NCBI GenBank assembly: GCA_963718615.1 | Contig: OY970368.1 | Span: 3,552,001-3,616,000, forward strand | Origin: an uncultured cyanobacterium | Lineage (GTDB): Bacteria; Cyanobacteriota; Cyanobacteriia; PCC-9006; JAAUQQ01 | Length of the DNA: 64,000 bases | Reading direction: 5' to 3' | In this document: piece by piece, positions 46,149-55,691 of the stretch | How the letters are laid out: each line of letters starts with the position of its first letter | How positions within the stretch are numbered: the stretch's first letter is position 1 | Position numbers and translations under genes: made by a program | Notes under the pieces: generated by a model | The model's input: the letters and a program-made list of their open reading frames with translations, nothing else | The model's database searches: none | Told to the model about the DNA's origin: nothing

Positions 46149-47084
46149 TTAGACCCCCAGTTGGGCTCGAATGTGTTTTTGCTGACGCAGCAGAATTTCG
46201 CTCTGACGGTGACGGCGGAGCGCCTGTTGACTGTTTTTTAGCGCCTCTGGCCATTGGCCCAAGGCAATGAGGACCTCCCCCCGGCGATACCAACCCCGTT
46301 CATCATGGGGGTCGGCTTGGGTTGCCTTGGCTAATTCCGTGGCGGCTTCGTCGTAGCGCCCGAGCTGGCAGAGGGCATAGCCGCGATCGCCCAAAATATG
46401 CCCAAAATTCGGAGAATAGCGTAACACCCTACCCAAGGAATTTAGCGCTTCTTCAAACTGCTCCAGTTCCAGCAGGGCATCCCCATGGGCATGCCAGATT
46501 TCGGGGTCGCAGGGACGATAGCGCAGGGCTGTGGTGTAGCTGTCTAGCGCGCGGCGAAAATCCCCCGATCGCGCCTGGGCCAACCCGTGGGCCAGCCAGA
46601 GCGAAGCATTTTGGGGGTGGTATTGAAGCCCTTCGCTGTAGTTGGCGATCGCCTCCCGATAATGGCGGGACTGTTCCAACAGCGACCCCCGTTCCAACCA
46701 AGCATAGACCTGTTCAGGGTGGTAGTGAATCATCTGCTCCAGCCGAGCACGTCGCTGGTCCTGGCGGGAGATTGGAGCCTGAGGGGTCTGGGGTTTCGGG
46801 GGACGGCTCGTGAAGCGATGGAGCAGTAGAATGCCAAGGCCAGAAACGGCGATTAGCATCAGCGCCGACAGGGGCAGGGGCAGGCTAGGCAGTGAGGGGA
46901 AGGTCCAAGGGTCCGGGTTTAAGGGGTCCAAGGGCTGTTCAAACCGCTGGATCACCTTGCCCCAAAGATGCAGCGTGCCAACGGTCAAAGCGCTAAACAG
47001 CGTCAGGAGACAAAAATCCAGCAGCTTGGGCGGCAGGGCAGGAAAACGGCTGGGAGAGGGGGGTCGAGGATTGGAAAAGCCCAT
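46149..47084 (-). CDS. Membrane-anchored TPR protein
   Basis: Two hydrophobic segments followed by W..RG..L...Y.EA..Y..AL...P TPR repeats. Confidence 0.85.
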   Translation of the reverse strand: MGFSNPRPPSPSRFPALPPKLLDFCLLTLFSALTVGTLHLWGKVIQRFEQPLDPLNPDPWTFPSLPSLPLPLSALMLIAVSGLGILLLHRFTSRPPKPQTPQAPISRQDQRRARLEQMIHYHPEQVYAWLERGSLLEQSRHYREAIANYSEGLQYHPQNASLWLAHGLAQARSGDFRRALDSYTTALRYRPCDPEIWHAHGDALLELEQFEEALNSLGRVLRYSPNFGHILGDRGYALCQLGRYDEAATELAKATQADPHDERGWYRRGEVLIALGQWPEALKNSQQALRRHRQSEILLRQQKHIRAQLGV

Positions 47085-47202
47085 GGCGTTCTAGGAGGGG
47101 GTCGTCTAGATTAGCGAAATGGCAGAAAAGAAGCAGCTTCTAGAGTTCTTGGTCTAGATTTATAAATAGATTCACAAGCGCATAGGCACTTTCGGCACGT
47201 CC

Positions 47203-48279
47203 ATGGATAATCCTGTCATTCTCCGTCACAGTGAACTGCTCAACCGCCTCGTGATTGAGCGGGACACGATGCAGGAAATGGGCCGGATTGAGCAACTCTG
47301 GATGTATCCCCAAGCCCATCGCGTCATGGGCATTGTCTGTCGAGTCGGTCGGTTTGGCGGCAAACGCTGGGTGTATAAATTGCCCCAGGTTGATGCCCTG
47401 GGCAAGGGCAATCTTTGGGTCAATGGTGCACCAACGGAAACGACAGGAGAGCAAATCAAGCGCCTTGAATCACTGATTAACCATGAGGTTTGGGTGGATG
47501 GGGGCGATCGCCTCGGCCTTATTACCGATTGTATCTTCAACCGCAAAACCGGCGGGATTACCCAATATCTGTGGGTTGATAATCGACTGCGACGACTGGT
47601 GAGCGAACCGCTGACCCTTTCTCCAGCGGAAATGCGCAGTTTTGGCAATGGACGGGTTTTGGTGACCGAACAAACCGTTCAGCGGCTGCGGCGTGAACGT
47701 CCCGGCTTGCGGGAAACCTGGAGCAATTTGCGCGACCAGGCGAAGGCAGAATACGAACAAATTACCGAGGAATTACTGACGACCCAGCAGCGGGCCGCCG
47801 AGGAAGCCGCCGAACGAGCCGCCAACCTGAAACAGCAGGCAGCACAACGGGCTCAAACCTGGCAGCAGCGCTTCACCGAACAGGCCCAGGCGATCGCCTC
47901 CCAAGTGTCTGAGCTGCAAACAGGAGAATGGGGACCGATTCCCATGGTGGAGCCCCCCCAGGAGGTGACTTGGGTAGACGAGGCTGGCGCGCTTCCCCCC
48001 AGATCTAGGTCGAACCCAGTTCAAGATTCAGTTCAGGATTCAGTTCAGGATTCAGTTCAGGATGATGAATTTGGAGACGACGTTGAGGATACGGGCTGGA
48101 GCGAAGAACGCTTCGTCACGCGCGAAAATCCTTGGGGGTATTCGCAATTGTCTGAAGATTTAGACAAAGATTTAGACGAAGATTTAGACGAAGATTTGGA
48201 TGAAGCCTTTGACTTTGATGAAGCGGTCCTGGCCCAAATTGATCCCGATGATCTAAAAGGCGATGATCCCTGGATTTAG
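47203..48279 (+). CDS. PRC-barrel domain protein with acidic low-complexity tail
   Basis: SELLNRLVI.R.T..E.GRIE.LWMYPQAHRV.G, second barrel G.R.G.I.D..F...TG.I..Y; VQDS and EDLD repeats. Confidence 0.8.
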   Translation: MDNPVILRHSELLNRLVIERDTMQEMGRIEQLWMYPQAHRVMGIVCRVGRFGGKRWVYKLPQVDALGKGNLWVNGAPTETTGEQIKRLESLINHEVWVDGGDRLGLITDCIFNRKTGGITQYLWVDNRLRRLVSEPLTLSPAEMRSFGNGRVLVTEQTVQRLRRERPGLRETWSNLRDQAKAEYEQITEELLTTQQRAAEEAAERAANLKQQAAQRAQTWQQRFTEQAQAIASQVSELQTGEWGPIPMVEPPQEVTWVDEAGALPPRSRSNPVQDSVQDSVQDSVQDDEFGDDVEDTGWSEERFVTRENPWGYSQLSEDLDKDLDEDLDEDLDEAFDFDEAVLAQIDPDDLKGDDPWI

Positions 48280-49074
48280 CAGATCGCTTGGGAAGCGAAT
48301 GGTGCGAAGAGAAGTGACTGTATCGGCAGCGCATTCCGTTGAGGTACGACTTAGGCAAGAATATTGCCTCGGCGCTAGGCCCAAACGCAGGGTCATATAG
48401 CTAAAGAGCGCCGCATCATCCCACCAGCGCAGAGAATTCATCCAGCGAGCTTCACCGTTGCCAATCAAATGCCAACGCAATCGCATCAGATCCTCGTCTT
48501 GAATCAATCCTGCTTTGGCTGCGAAAAAACGCGCACCATGGAGACAGCCCCGTAGCTGCGCTTCGCTCCAATTGAAAACATCCATCACATAGGGCAAGTC
48601 TAAGGTTGCGATGGGTTCGGGTTGAAAAGGTTCTTGATCATCGACGATCAAATCCACTAAATTGAGCTGCTCAAACACCTCATCCAGGGAATGCATCCCA
48701 AGGCTATGGGCATCGTAAAAGACAAACTGCTCAAACGGCCCCTCAAAGGCACAAAACTTGCGAGCCCCATGGCATTGGCCATAATGCTTGGCATATTGTT
48801 GGCTCATGCGATCGATGACCCGATGGGAGGTCCAAACCTCTTGAGCAAAGGTTTCCCATTTGGCGATCGCCTCCCGATTTTCAAACAGACTTAAATGCCC
48901 ATGTTCTGCAATCCATTGCCGCGTCTGTTTGAGATTTTCGTCATAGGGAATAATACAAATGGGTCGCGGTTGCGAGGCATTGCATTCTAGCCGCTCGACC
49001 AAGGCCATGAGCTGATCCAAGACAAGATCATTGCCGAGAATATAAATGCCTTGAGCGAAGGATTGTGAATGCAT
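48253..49074 (-). CDS. Npun_R2821/R2822-like glycosyltransferase-family protein, possibly C-terminally truncated
   Basis: GIY.LGND.V.DQL.AL, PICIIPYD, RKFCAFEGPFE.FVFYD; 3' end overlaps the convergent gene. Confidence 0.6.
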   Translation of the reverse strand: MHSQSFAQGIYILGNDLVLDQLMALVERLECNASQPRPICIIPYDENLKQTRQWIAEHGHLSLFENREAIAKWETFAQEVWTSHRVIDRMSQQYAKHYGQCHGARKFCAFEGPFEQFVFYDAHSLGMHSLDEVFEQLNLVDLIVDDQEPFQPEPIATLDLPYVMDVFNWSEAQLRGCLHGARFFAAKAGLIQDEDLMRLRWHLIGNGEARWMNSLRWWDDAALFSYMTLRLGLAPRQYSCLSRTSTECAADTVTSLRTIRFPSDLLNPGIIAF

Positions 49075-49223
49075 AGCCAGAGTGAAGAAATCTACAGGAA
49101 TCTACGGAATATAAAATCGCTTATTGGTATAGCGAATTTCACTGATACCCGTAAATGTAACACTGGCGATCGCCCCCTTAGGCAAAGCTCCGATATAGTC
49201 GTGAAGAAATAAATTAAGGGCTT

Positions 49224-52200
49224 CTAAAGACCATAGCCTCCCCCTCCCGGTGTTTCGATGACCAGGCGATCGCCCCCCTCCATCTCCACTCGATCCGTCG
49301 GTGCCAATTCCTGCACTTTCCCTGATTGACGCACAACGGTTGTTTTGCCTAGCGCCCCCGGCTTGCCTCCCTGCAAACCAAAGGGCACTACCCGCCGCCG
49401 CCCTGCCAAAATTCCTGCGGTCATCGCCTCGCGGAATCGAATTTGCCGCACCACTCCATTGCCCCCCCGATACCGACCTTCACCGCCACTCCCCTGGCGA
49501 ATGGAAAATTCTTCCACCAGGACTGGGAACCGCCATTCCAAGACCTCTGGATCCGTCAAACGGGAATTTGTCATGTGAGTTTGTACGGCATCTGTGCCAT
49601 GAAAGGTGGGTCCTGCACCCGAGCCACCGCAAATGGTTTCATAATATTGGTAGCGATCCGTGCCAAAGGTAAAATTATTCATGGTTCCTTGGGAGGCCGC
49701 CATCACGTCTAGGGCTCCGTAGAGGGCATCGGCGATCGCCTGGGACGTTTCCACATTACCCGCCACCACAGCGGCTGGATAGGCAGGGTTGAGCAGGCAA
49801 CCTTCCGGTACGATAATTTCTAAGGGCTTCATACAACCCGCATTCAGGGGAATCTGATCATCCACTAACGTCCGAAATCCGTAGAGGAGAACCGCTTTGC
49901 AAATGGCCAGGGGAGCATTGAAATTATTGGGCTGTTGGGGCGAAGTTCCGGTAAAATTTAGCGTCGCGCTTCGGGTCTCGGGATGGAGCTGCACCTGAAG
50001 CTGGATCTGTGCGCCGTTGTCCAGGGGGACCGTGAATGCAGAAATCAATGCTTCGCCCTGTTCCCGTCGCCGCCGACAGAGTTGTGCAATCACCTGTCGA
50101 ACCGCCGCTTCTGCATTGTCCTGAACATGTTGCATATAGGCCTGAACCGTCGTCAAGCCAAACTGCTCGACCATGCGTTGGAGTTCTTGAACGCCTTTGT
50201 TATTGGCTGCAATTTGAGCTTGGAGATCTGCGAGATTTTGGTCGGGGTTGCGAGCGGGGTAAAGTCCTGCAGTCAGATGAGATCGCAACTCATCTTCTTG
50301 AAAATGCCCTTGCTCCACCAGTTTGAAATTATCAAATAAAATCCCCTCCTGGTCGAGATGGGTACTATGCGGCGGCATCGAGCCGGGACTAATGCCGCCA
50401 ATGTCCGCATGGTGGCCTCGGGAGGCGACGAAAAATAGGGGCTTGGGTTCAGCGCTGGTTTGAATATCTACAAAGACTGGTGTTATCACCGTGATGTCGG
50501 GCAAGTGAGTACCGCCGTTGTAGGGGTTGTTAGACACAAACACATCTCCCCGCTGGAACGGTTGCGTTTGCGCTGTGATCAAGGCCGCGACACTTTCGCT
50601 CATGGAACCGAGGTGGACGGGAATATGGGGTGCATTGGCAACCAGTTGGCCTTGGGCATCAAAAATCGCGCAGGAGAAATCGAGGCGTTCTTTGATATTG
50701 ACCGAGGAGCTGGTGTTTTGCAGCGTGAAGCCCATTTGTTCGGCGATCGCCTGAAATAAATTATTGAAAATCTCCAAGCGTACCGGGTCGGGGGCTAGAC
50801 TCGGGACTGGGTCAGGGTGGACGAGCGGCAGTTCGTCTCTACGGGATGTTGCGACGGTGGGGATTTGATGGATAAGCAATTCGCCGCCGCTGGCGATCTG
50901 GGCGGACCAACCGGGTTCGATGATGTTGGTGCCGGTGGGTTCTAGGATCATTGCAGGGCCAGGGATAGGGACACCGGGTTGCAAATCTGCTCGCTGAAAG
51001 ACAGGGGTATCGTGCCAGCGATCGCCAGAAAAAATCGGCACCGTGGCGATCGCCCCTAAGGGACCGTTACGGGAGGGTGAGGTTAAAACCGTGGTTGAAG
51101 TTGTAGCGGGAACAGGGGTTTTTCCAATGGCTTCGACAGCAAGGGCTGACACAACAACCGCTTTCCTGGGCAGCGTCATCCCAAAGCGCTGCTGATAGAC
51201 TTGCTCAAATTGCGATCGCAACCCCATCCAATCCTCAAGAGCCGCCAAAGTACTCAGCTCAATGGCCAAACTCGCATCAGTGCCATCATAGCGCAGATAC
51301 AGTTGCTGAAGCACTTCAATGCGCTCTAAGTCTTGACAGTCCTGCTGTTCTAGCTCAGCTTGCGCGGTGTGGGCTAGCTGCTGGAGTTGGGCGCGGAGGG
51401 GGGCGATCGCTTCCGGTTGCAATATCATCTCCACAGACTGTTCCCGCAGGACACGGCGATCGGCTAAGCCCATCCCGTAGGCTGACAAAACCCCTGCATA
51501 GGGATGGATCAAAATTGTTTTCATCCCCAAAGATTCCGCCAACCGGCAGGCATGTTGGCCACCCGCCGCACCAAAACAGCAGAGGGCATAGTCACCGATA
51601 TCGTACCCTCGCTGGACGGAGATTTTTTTGATGGCGTTGGCCATGTTGTCGATGGCGATCGCCAGGAATCCCTCTGCGACCTGTTCTGGGCTGGGTTGAT
51701 TGTCGGTCGCCTGAGCCTGGAAAATGGTTTTAGCGAGCTGGGTAAATTGCGATCGCACGGCTTCTCGATCAAGGGGCTGATTCCCATGGGGACCAAACAC
51801 CTGGGGGAAAAACTGAGGCTGAATTTTGCCCACCATCACATTGCAGTCTGTGACCGTCAGGGGGCCACCGTTGCGGTAGCAAGTGGGTCCAGGGTAGGCC
51901 CCCGCAGAGGCAGGACCGACGCGATAACGAGCTCCATCAAAACTCAAAATTGAACCGCCCCCCGCAGCAACGGTGTGAATCGCCATCATCGGTGCTCGCA
52001 GGCGGACTCCGGCAACTTCGGTTTCAAGGGTACGTTCGTAGGTGCCAATGGAGTGGTTGTAGTGGGCTACATCCGTGGAAGTCCCGCCCATATCAAATGT
52101 GATGATCTTCTCGAATCCGGCCTTGAGGCTAGTTTGCACGGCACCCACAATTCCCCCAGCCGGTCCTGAAAGAATGCTGTCTTTGCCCTGAAAAAACCTG

Positions 52201-52985
52201 GCTGGCGTCAGTCCCCCATTGGATTGCATAAACATCAGTTGGGGGGCGGAGACTTGTCCTGCTGTGTTGTCAGGCGGATTCAGTTCAGCTTCGATGCGAT
52301 CGACATACCGACGCAAAATTGGAGAAAGATAGGCATCCACAACGGTCGTATCGCCTCGACTCACCAGTTTGATTAAAGGACTAACCCGATGGGAAACCGA
52401 GATTTGGGTAAAGCCCACTTGCTGAGCCAACACAGCAACCTGCTGTTCGTGCTGGGGATAGCGATAGCCGTGGAGAAAGGCGATCGCACAAGCCCGAATC
52501 CCCCTGTCGTAGGCGGATTGCAGCGATCGTAATAGGTCTGCCTGGGACTGTTGACTCAACGGTATGAGCACCTCACCCTGCGCCGACAGGCGCTCAGTCA
52601 CTTCAATTACCTGCTCATACAGCATATCTGGCAGAACAATCTCCCGCGCAAAAATGTCAGGTCGGTTTTGATAGCCAATGCGCAGGACATCGCGAAATCC
52701 TTGGGTGGTGATGAACAGGGTGCGATCGCCCTTGCGCTCCAATAATGCATTTGTCGCTACGGTGGTTCCCATTTTGACCATTGCAATGTGCTCTGCCGGG
52801 ATGGGCTGATCAGGCTCAATGTCCATCAGATCACGAATGCCTTGCAGCGGTGCATCGGCATAGCGATCGGGGTTTTCCGACAGGAGTTTATGCACAACAA
52901 ACTGACCATCGGGCTTCTGGGCCACGATATCGGTAAACGTGCCGCCCCGATCGATCCAAAATTGCCAGCGTTGAGGAGATTTCAT
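49224..52985 (-). CDS. oplA: ATP-dependent 5-oxoprolinase (fused hydantoinase A/B type)
   Basis: IDRGGTFTD, GTTVATNALLERKG, DMGGTSTD, NIKERLDFSCA, HIPVHLGSM, TPGGGGYG. Confidence 0.93.
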   Translation of the reverse strand: MKSPQRWQFWIDRGGTFTDIVAQKPDGQFVVHKLLSENPDRYADAPLQGIRDLMDIEPDQPIPAEHIAMVKMGTTVATNALLERKGDRTLFITTQGFRDVLRIGYQNRPDIFAREIVLPDMLYEQVIEVTERLSAQGEVLIPLSQQSQADLLRSLQSAYDRGIRACAIAFLHGYRYPQHEQQVAVLAQQVGFTQISVSHRVSPLIKLVSRGDTTVVDAYLSPILRRYVDRIEAELNPPDNTAGQVSAPQLMFMQSNGGLTPARFFQGKDSILSGPAGGIVGAVQTSLKAGFEKIITFDMGGTSTDVAHYNHSIGTYERTLETEVAGVRLRAPMMAIHTVAAGGGSILSFDGARYRVGPASAGAYPGPTCYRNGGPLTVTDCNVMVGKIQPQFFPQVFGPHGNQPLDREAVRSQFTQLAKTIFQAQATDNQPSPEQVAEGFLAIAIDNMANAIKKISVQRGYDIGDYALCCFGAAGGQHACRLAESLGMKTILIHPYAGVLSAYGMGLADRRVLREQSVEMILQPEAIAPLRAQLQQLAHTAQAELEQQDCQDLERIEVLQQLYLRYDGTDASLAIELSTLAALEDWMGLRSQFEQVYQQRFGMTLPRKAVVVSALAVEAIGKTPVPATTSTTVLTSPSRNGPLGAIATVPIFSGDRWHDTPVFQRADLQPGVPIPGPAMILEPTGTNIIEPGWSAQIASGGELLIHQIPTVATSRRDELPLVHPDPVPSLAPDPVRLEIFNNLFQAIAEQMGFTLQNTSSSVNIKERLDFSCAIFDAQGQLVANAPHIPVHLGSMSESVAALITAQTQPFQRGDVFVSNNPYNGGTHLPDITVITPVFVDIQTSAEPKPLFFVASRGHHADIGGISPGSMPPHSTHLDQEGILFDNFKLVEQGHFQEDELRSHLTAGLYPARNPDQNLADLQAQIAANNKGVQELQRMVEQFGLTTVQAYMQHVQDNAEAAVRQVIAQLCRRRREQGEALISAFTVPLDNGAQIQLQVQLHPETRSATLNFTGTSPQQPNNFNAPLAICKAVLLYGFRTLVDDQIPLNAGCMKPLEIIVPEGCLLNPAYPAAVVAGNVETSQAIADALYGALDVMAASQGTMNNFTFGTDRYQYYETICGGSGAGPTFHGTDAVQTHMTNSRLTDPEVLEWRFPVLVEEFSIRQGSGGEGRYRGGNGVVRQIRFREAMTAGILAGRRRVVPFGLQGGKPGALGKTTVVRQSGKVQELAPTDRVEMEGGDRLVIETPGGGGYGL

Positions 52986-53120
52986 GTCAGGAGTGTAGAA
53001 GGATCAAGCGATCTTTTCGTGAGTTATCAAACGACTCAGTGTAGTGTAAGAAGAAGTCAATAGACTTTCAATGGCATTTCACTTAACCTAAGATATCGTT
53101 AGCGATCTAGTAGAGTCAGC

Positions 53121-54050
53121 ATGGACCTCAATTTCCTCAGTGCCCTTGAACTACGCCAGATCTGCTACTTTCTGACCATCGTAGACAACGGCAACAACTT
53201 TAGCCGAGCCGCAGAACGCTTGTATATCGAACAGCCACCCCTGAGTCAGCGGATTCGTACCCTCGAAAAGAAGTTGAAAATTCAACTTTTCGACCGTAGG
53301 CGAAGACCCTTGCAGCTGACGGCAGCCGGGGAGATCTTTGCGCGGGAGGTTCGATTGGCCCTAGAGCAATTTCAGAGCGCGATCGCCCAAGCGCAGCGGG
53401 CCGAACAGGGCGAAGTCGGTCATCTGTCCATCGGCGTCGCGAGTTCCGTTGCTAACGGTATCCTGCCGGAGATTTTGCGGGCCTATGGCGATCGCTATCC
53501 CCAGGTTGAACTAGAGTTGCGAGAGCTAACCGCTGACCAGCAGGTTCAAGCTTTGCGCGATCGCCGTTTAGACCTAGGCATCGAGGTTTTTCCAGCTAAA
53601 ACCCACTCAGACGCTGCATTGGTGCAAATACCACTGGTGCATGAGTCCCTCGTCGCGGTATTTCCTGAGGATCATCCCCATTTACAATTGGCTCAGATCT
53701 CACTCACAGATTTAGCTCAGGAACTGCTAATCTTGCCTTCGCTTCAGGCCTTTCCCTTTTATCAAAGCTTCTTGGATCGCTGTCTAGAAGTCGGGTTTCA
53801 GCCCAAACTCGTGCAGAATAAAACGGCGACTTGGATGCTGACACTGCTGAGTCTAGTCGCCGCAGGGGTTGGCATTGCCATCTTGCCGAGCAATGTCTTG
53901 AGCCTACAACGGCAAGGTGTGGTATATCGGGATATCAGCGATTTAAATTTAATTCGACAGATCTCGTTGATGTACCATTGCGAGAATAAGGCCATCGTTC
54001 TATCTAATTTTGTAGCTTTAGTTCAGTCCCTTGATCTTGTCCCTCAGTAA
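53121..54050 (+). CDS. LysR family transcriptional regulator, divergent from oplA
   Basis: LRQ..YF, FSRAAERL.I.QPPLSQ.IR.LE HTH; LVAAGVGIAILP. Confidence 0.93.
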   Translation: MDLNFLSALELRQICYFLTIVDNGNNFSRAAERLYIEQPPLSQRIRTLEKKLKIQLFDRRRRPLQLTAAGEIFAREVRLALEQFQSAIAQAQRAEQGEVGHLSIGVASSVANGILPEILRAYGDRYPQVELELRELTADQQVQALRDRRLDLGIEVFPAKTHSDAALVQIPLVHESLVAVFPEDHPHLQLAQISLTDLAQELLILPSLQAFPFYQSFLDRCLEVGFQPKLVQNKTATWMLTLLSLVAAGVGIAILPSNVLSLQRQGVVYRDISDLNLIRQISLMYHCENKAIVLSNFVALVQSLDLVPQ

Positions 54051-54109
54051 TTGATCAGAAATCCATTCATCGACGAATCAGGGAATCGATAAAATAGATC
54101 ATAGATCGA

Positions 54110-55567
54110 TCAAGGTCTCCAAATGACCTGACCCAGAGCACTGCGATCAACTTCATAGCCAAGGGTCTCTAGGCGATTTAAAGTTTTTTCAGATACGAAA
54201 GGTGCTTCATTCGCAAAGGGATTCATCAGGCTATTTAACGGCAATAATTCGTGGGGTAGACCCAGCGCATGGCCGAGTTCATGCATCATAACTACCAAGA
54301 TTTTGCTAGGGTCCATCTTCGCGATCGCCCCAGGATTCCAATTCACCCGATTGTCATAGTCCACGCCATTGAGGTCCACATTTTCAGAGAAATTGGTGCG
54401 ATCGCCCACCGCGCTATCCACATAGGCTTCCGCCAGCCCTTCCGAAAAAGTTGCGTCCCAGCTATCGCCCTCAACGGTTTGTGACCGTTGGGTAACCACT
54501 ACTTTGAAGGGGACGGCATCTGGATCTTTGTCGCGGGTAATGATGCGCTCCCAATTTTCTGCTGCAATATTGATGGCTTGCCACTGGGTGGGAGAAAACG
54601 CCTGTTCAGGGTCAAAGAGTTGAATGTCAATATCCAGATCGGCCTGAGGCTGGGGCTGAGGCTGAGGCACAATCGGAACAGGGGGCAGAATTGTCTTAAA
54701 CGACGACAAGTCAGCCGAACCATTCGTAACCGCCTGCCAAGACAAATTGGTGGGATCCGTCGCTACGGATGGTGTTGTAAGTTGAACCGCTGAGGCCGCA
54801 TTGCTGGCGGTCAAGCTGACCGATTGAGTTTGGGTTACGGTTGAACCATTCATCAGCCAAGCGATCGCCTGTCCTTGCTCTGCGCCTAACCCATAATTCC
54901 GCAACAGAATGTCCGCATTGCCATCACGGTTGAAATCGCCTACCCCCTGAATTTTCCAATCTATACTGGCCTGGGTAGAGAGCGAGGTGCTCTGTAAACG
55001 AGTCGAGCCATTCATCAACCATAAAACATTGCTGCCGCTGGCATAGTCTTGCCACAAAATGTCAGCTTGACCATCGCGATTAAAATCTCCAACGCCTTCA
55101 ATATGCCAGTCGCGATTGGTGACGGCAATCAGAGGATCAGCACGCAGAGGGGCTGCACCATCCATGTACCAAAGCAGATTTTGCCCCGTGTTGGCATTGC
55201 GCCAAATTAAATCGGCTTTGCGATCGCCATTAAAATCCCCCACCCCCTCAATGTGCCAATTTTCATCACCAATCGAAAGCATCGATAGGGACTGGGAGAC
55301 CTTCGCTCCGTTCATCAACCACAGCGCATTTTGCCCCGTGATCTCATGTCGCCAAATCAGATCAGTTTGTTGATCGCCATCAAAATCACCACTGCCTGCT
55401 AGCTGCCAGTTCGGGTCTAGCTGAGGAGGTAAAGCAGTGCGCTGTTGCAGCGTAACACCATTCATATACCACAGCTCATTCTCCCCTGTCGCGTAATTCC
55501 GCCACAGCAAATCGGTTGATTGATCGCCGTTGAAATCACTAATATAGGAATTAAAAGAATTAGCCAT
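54110..55567 (-). CDS. FG-GAP/VCBS-repeat protein with C-terminal metzincin (M10-like) zinc protease
   Basis: Five (G)DF(N/D).D...D..W repeats; HELGHALGLPH plus Met-turn SLMNP. Confidence 0.85.
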   Translation of the reverse strand: MANSFNSYISDFNGDQSTDLLWRNYATGENELWYMNGVTLQQRTALPPQLDPNWQLAGSGDFDGDQQTDLIWRHEITGQNALWLMNGAKVSQSLSMLSIGDENWHIEGVGDFNGDRKADLIWRNANTGQNLLWYMDGAAPLRADPLIAVTNRDWHIEGVGDFNRDGQADILWQDYASGSNVLWLMNGSTRLQSTSLSTQASIDWKIQGVGDFNRDGNADILLRNYGLGAEQGQAIAWLMNGSTVTQTQSVSLTASNAASAVQLTTPSVATDPTNLSWQAVTNGSADLSSFKTILPPVPIVPQPQPQPQADLDIDIQLFDPEQAFSPTQWQAINIAAENWERIITRDKDPDAVPFKVVVTQRSQTVEGDSWDATFSEGLAEAYVDSAVGDRTNFSENVDLNGVDYDNRVNWNPGAIAKMDPSKILVVMMHELGHALGLPHELLPLNSLMNPFANEAPFVSEKTLNRLETLGYEVDRSALGQVIWRP

Positions 55568-55691
55568 GGTCGTTAGATTTACTGACCTTAGCTAATCAGA
55601 ATTTTGTCCAATTCTTAGCACCAAGCAGATGATTTTACAGAATCTTGATTTTCAGGCGACTCCGTTTAAACTTGGGCGTTAGTTTTGGGCA

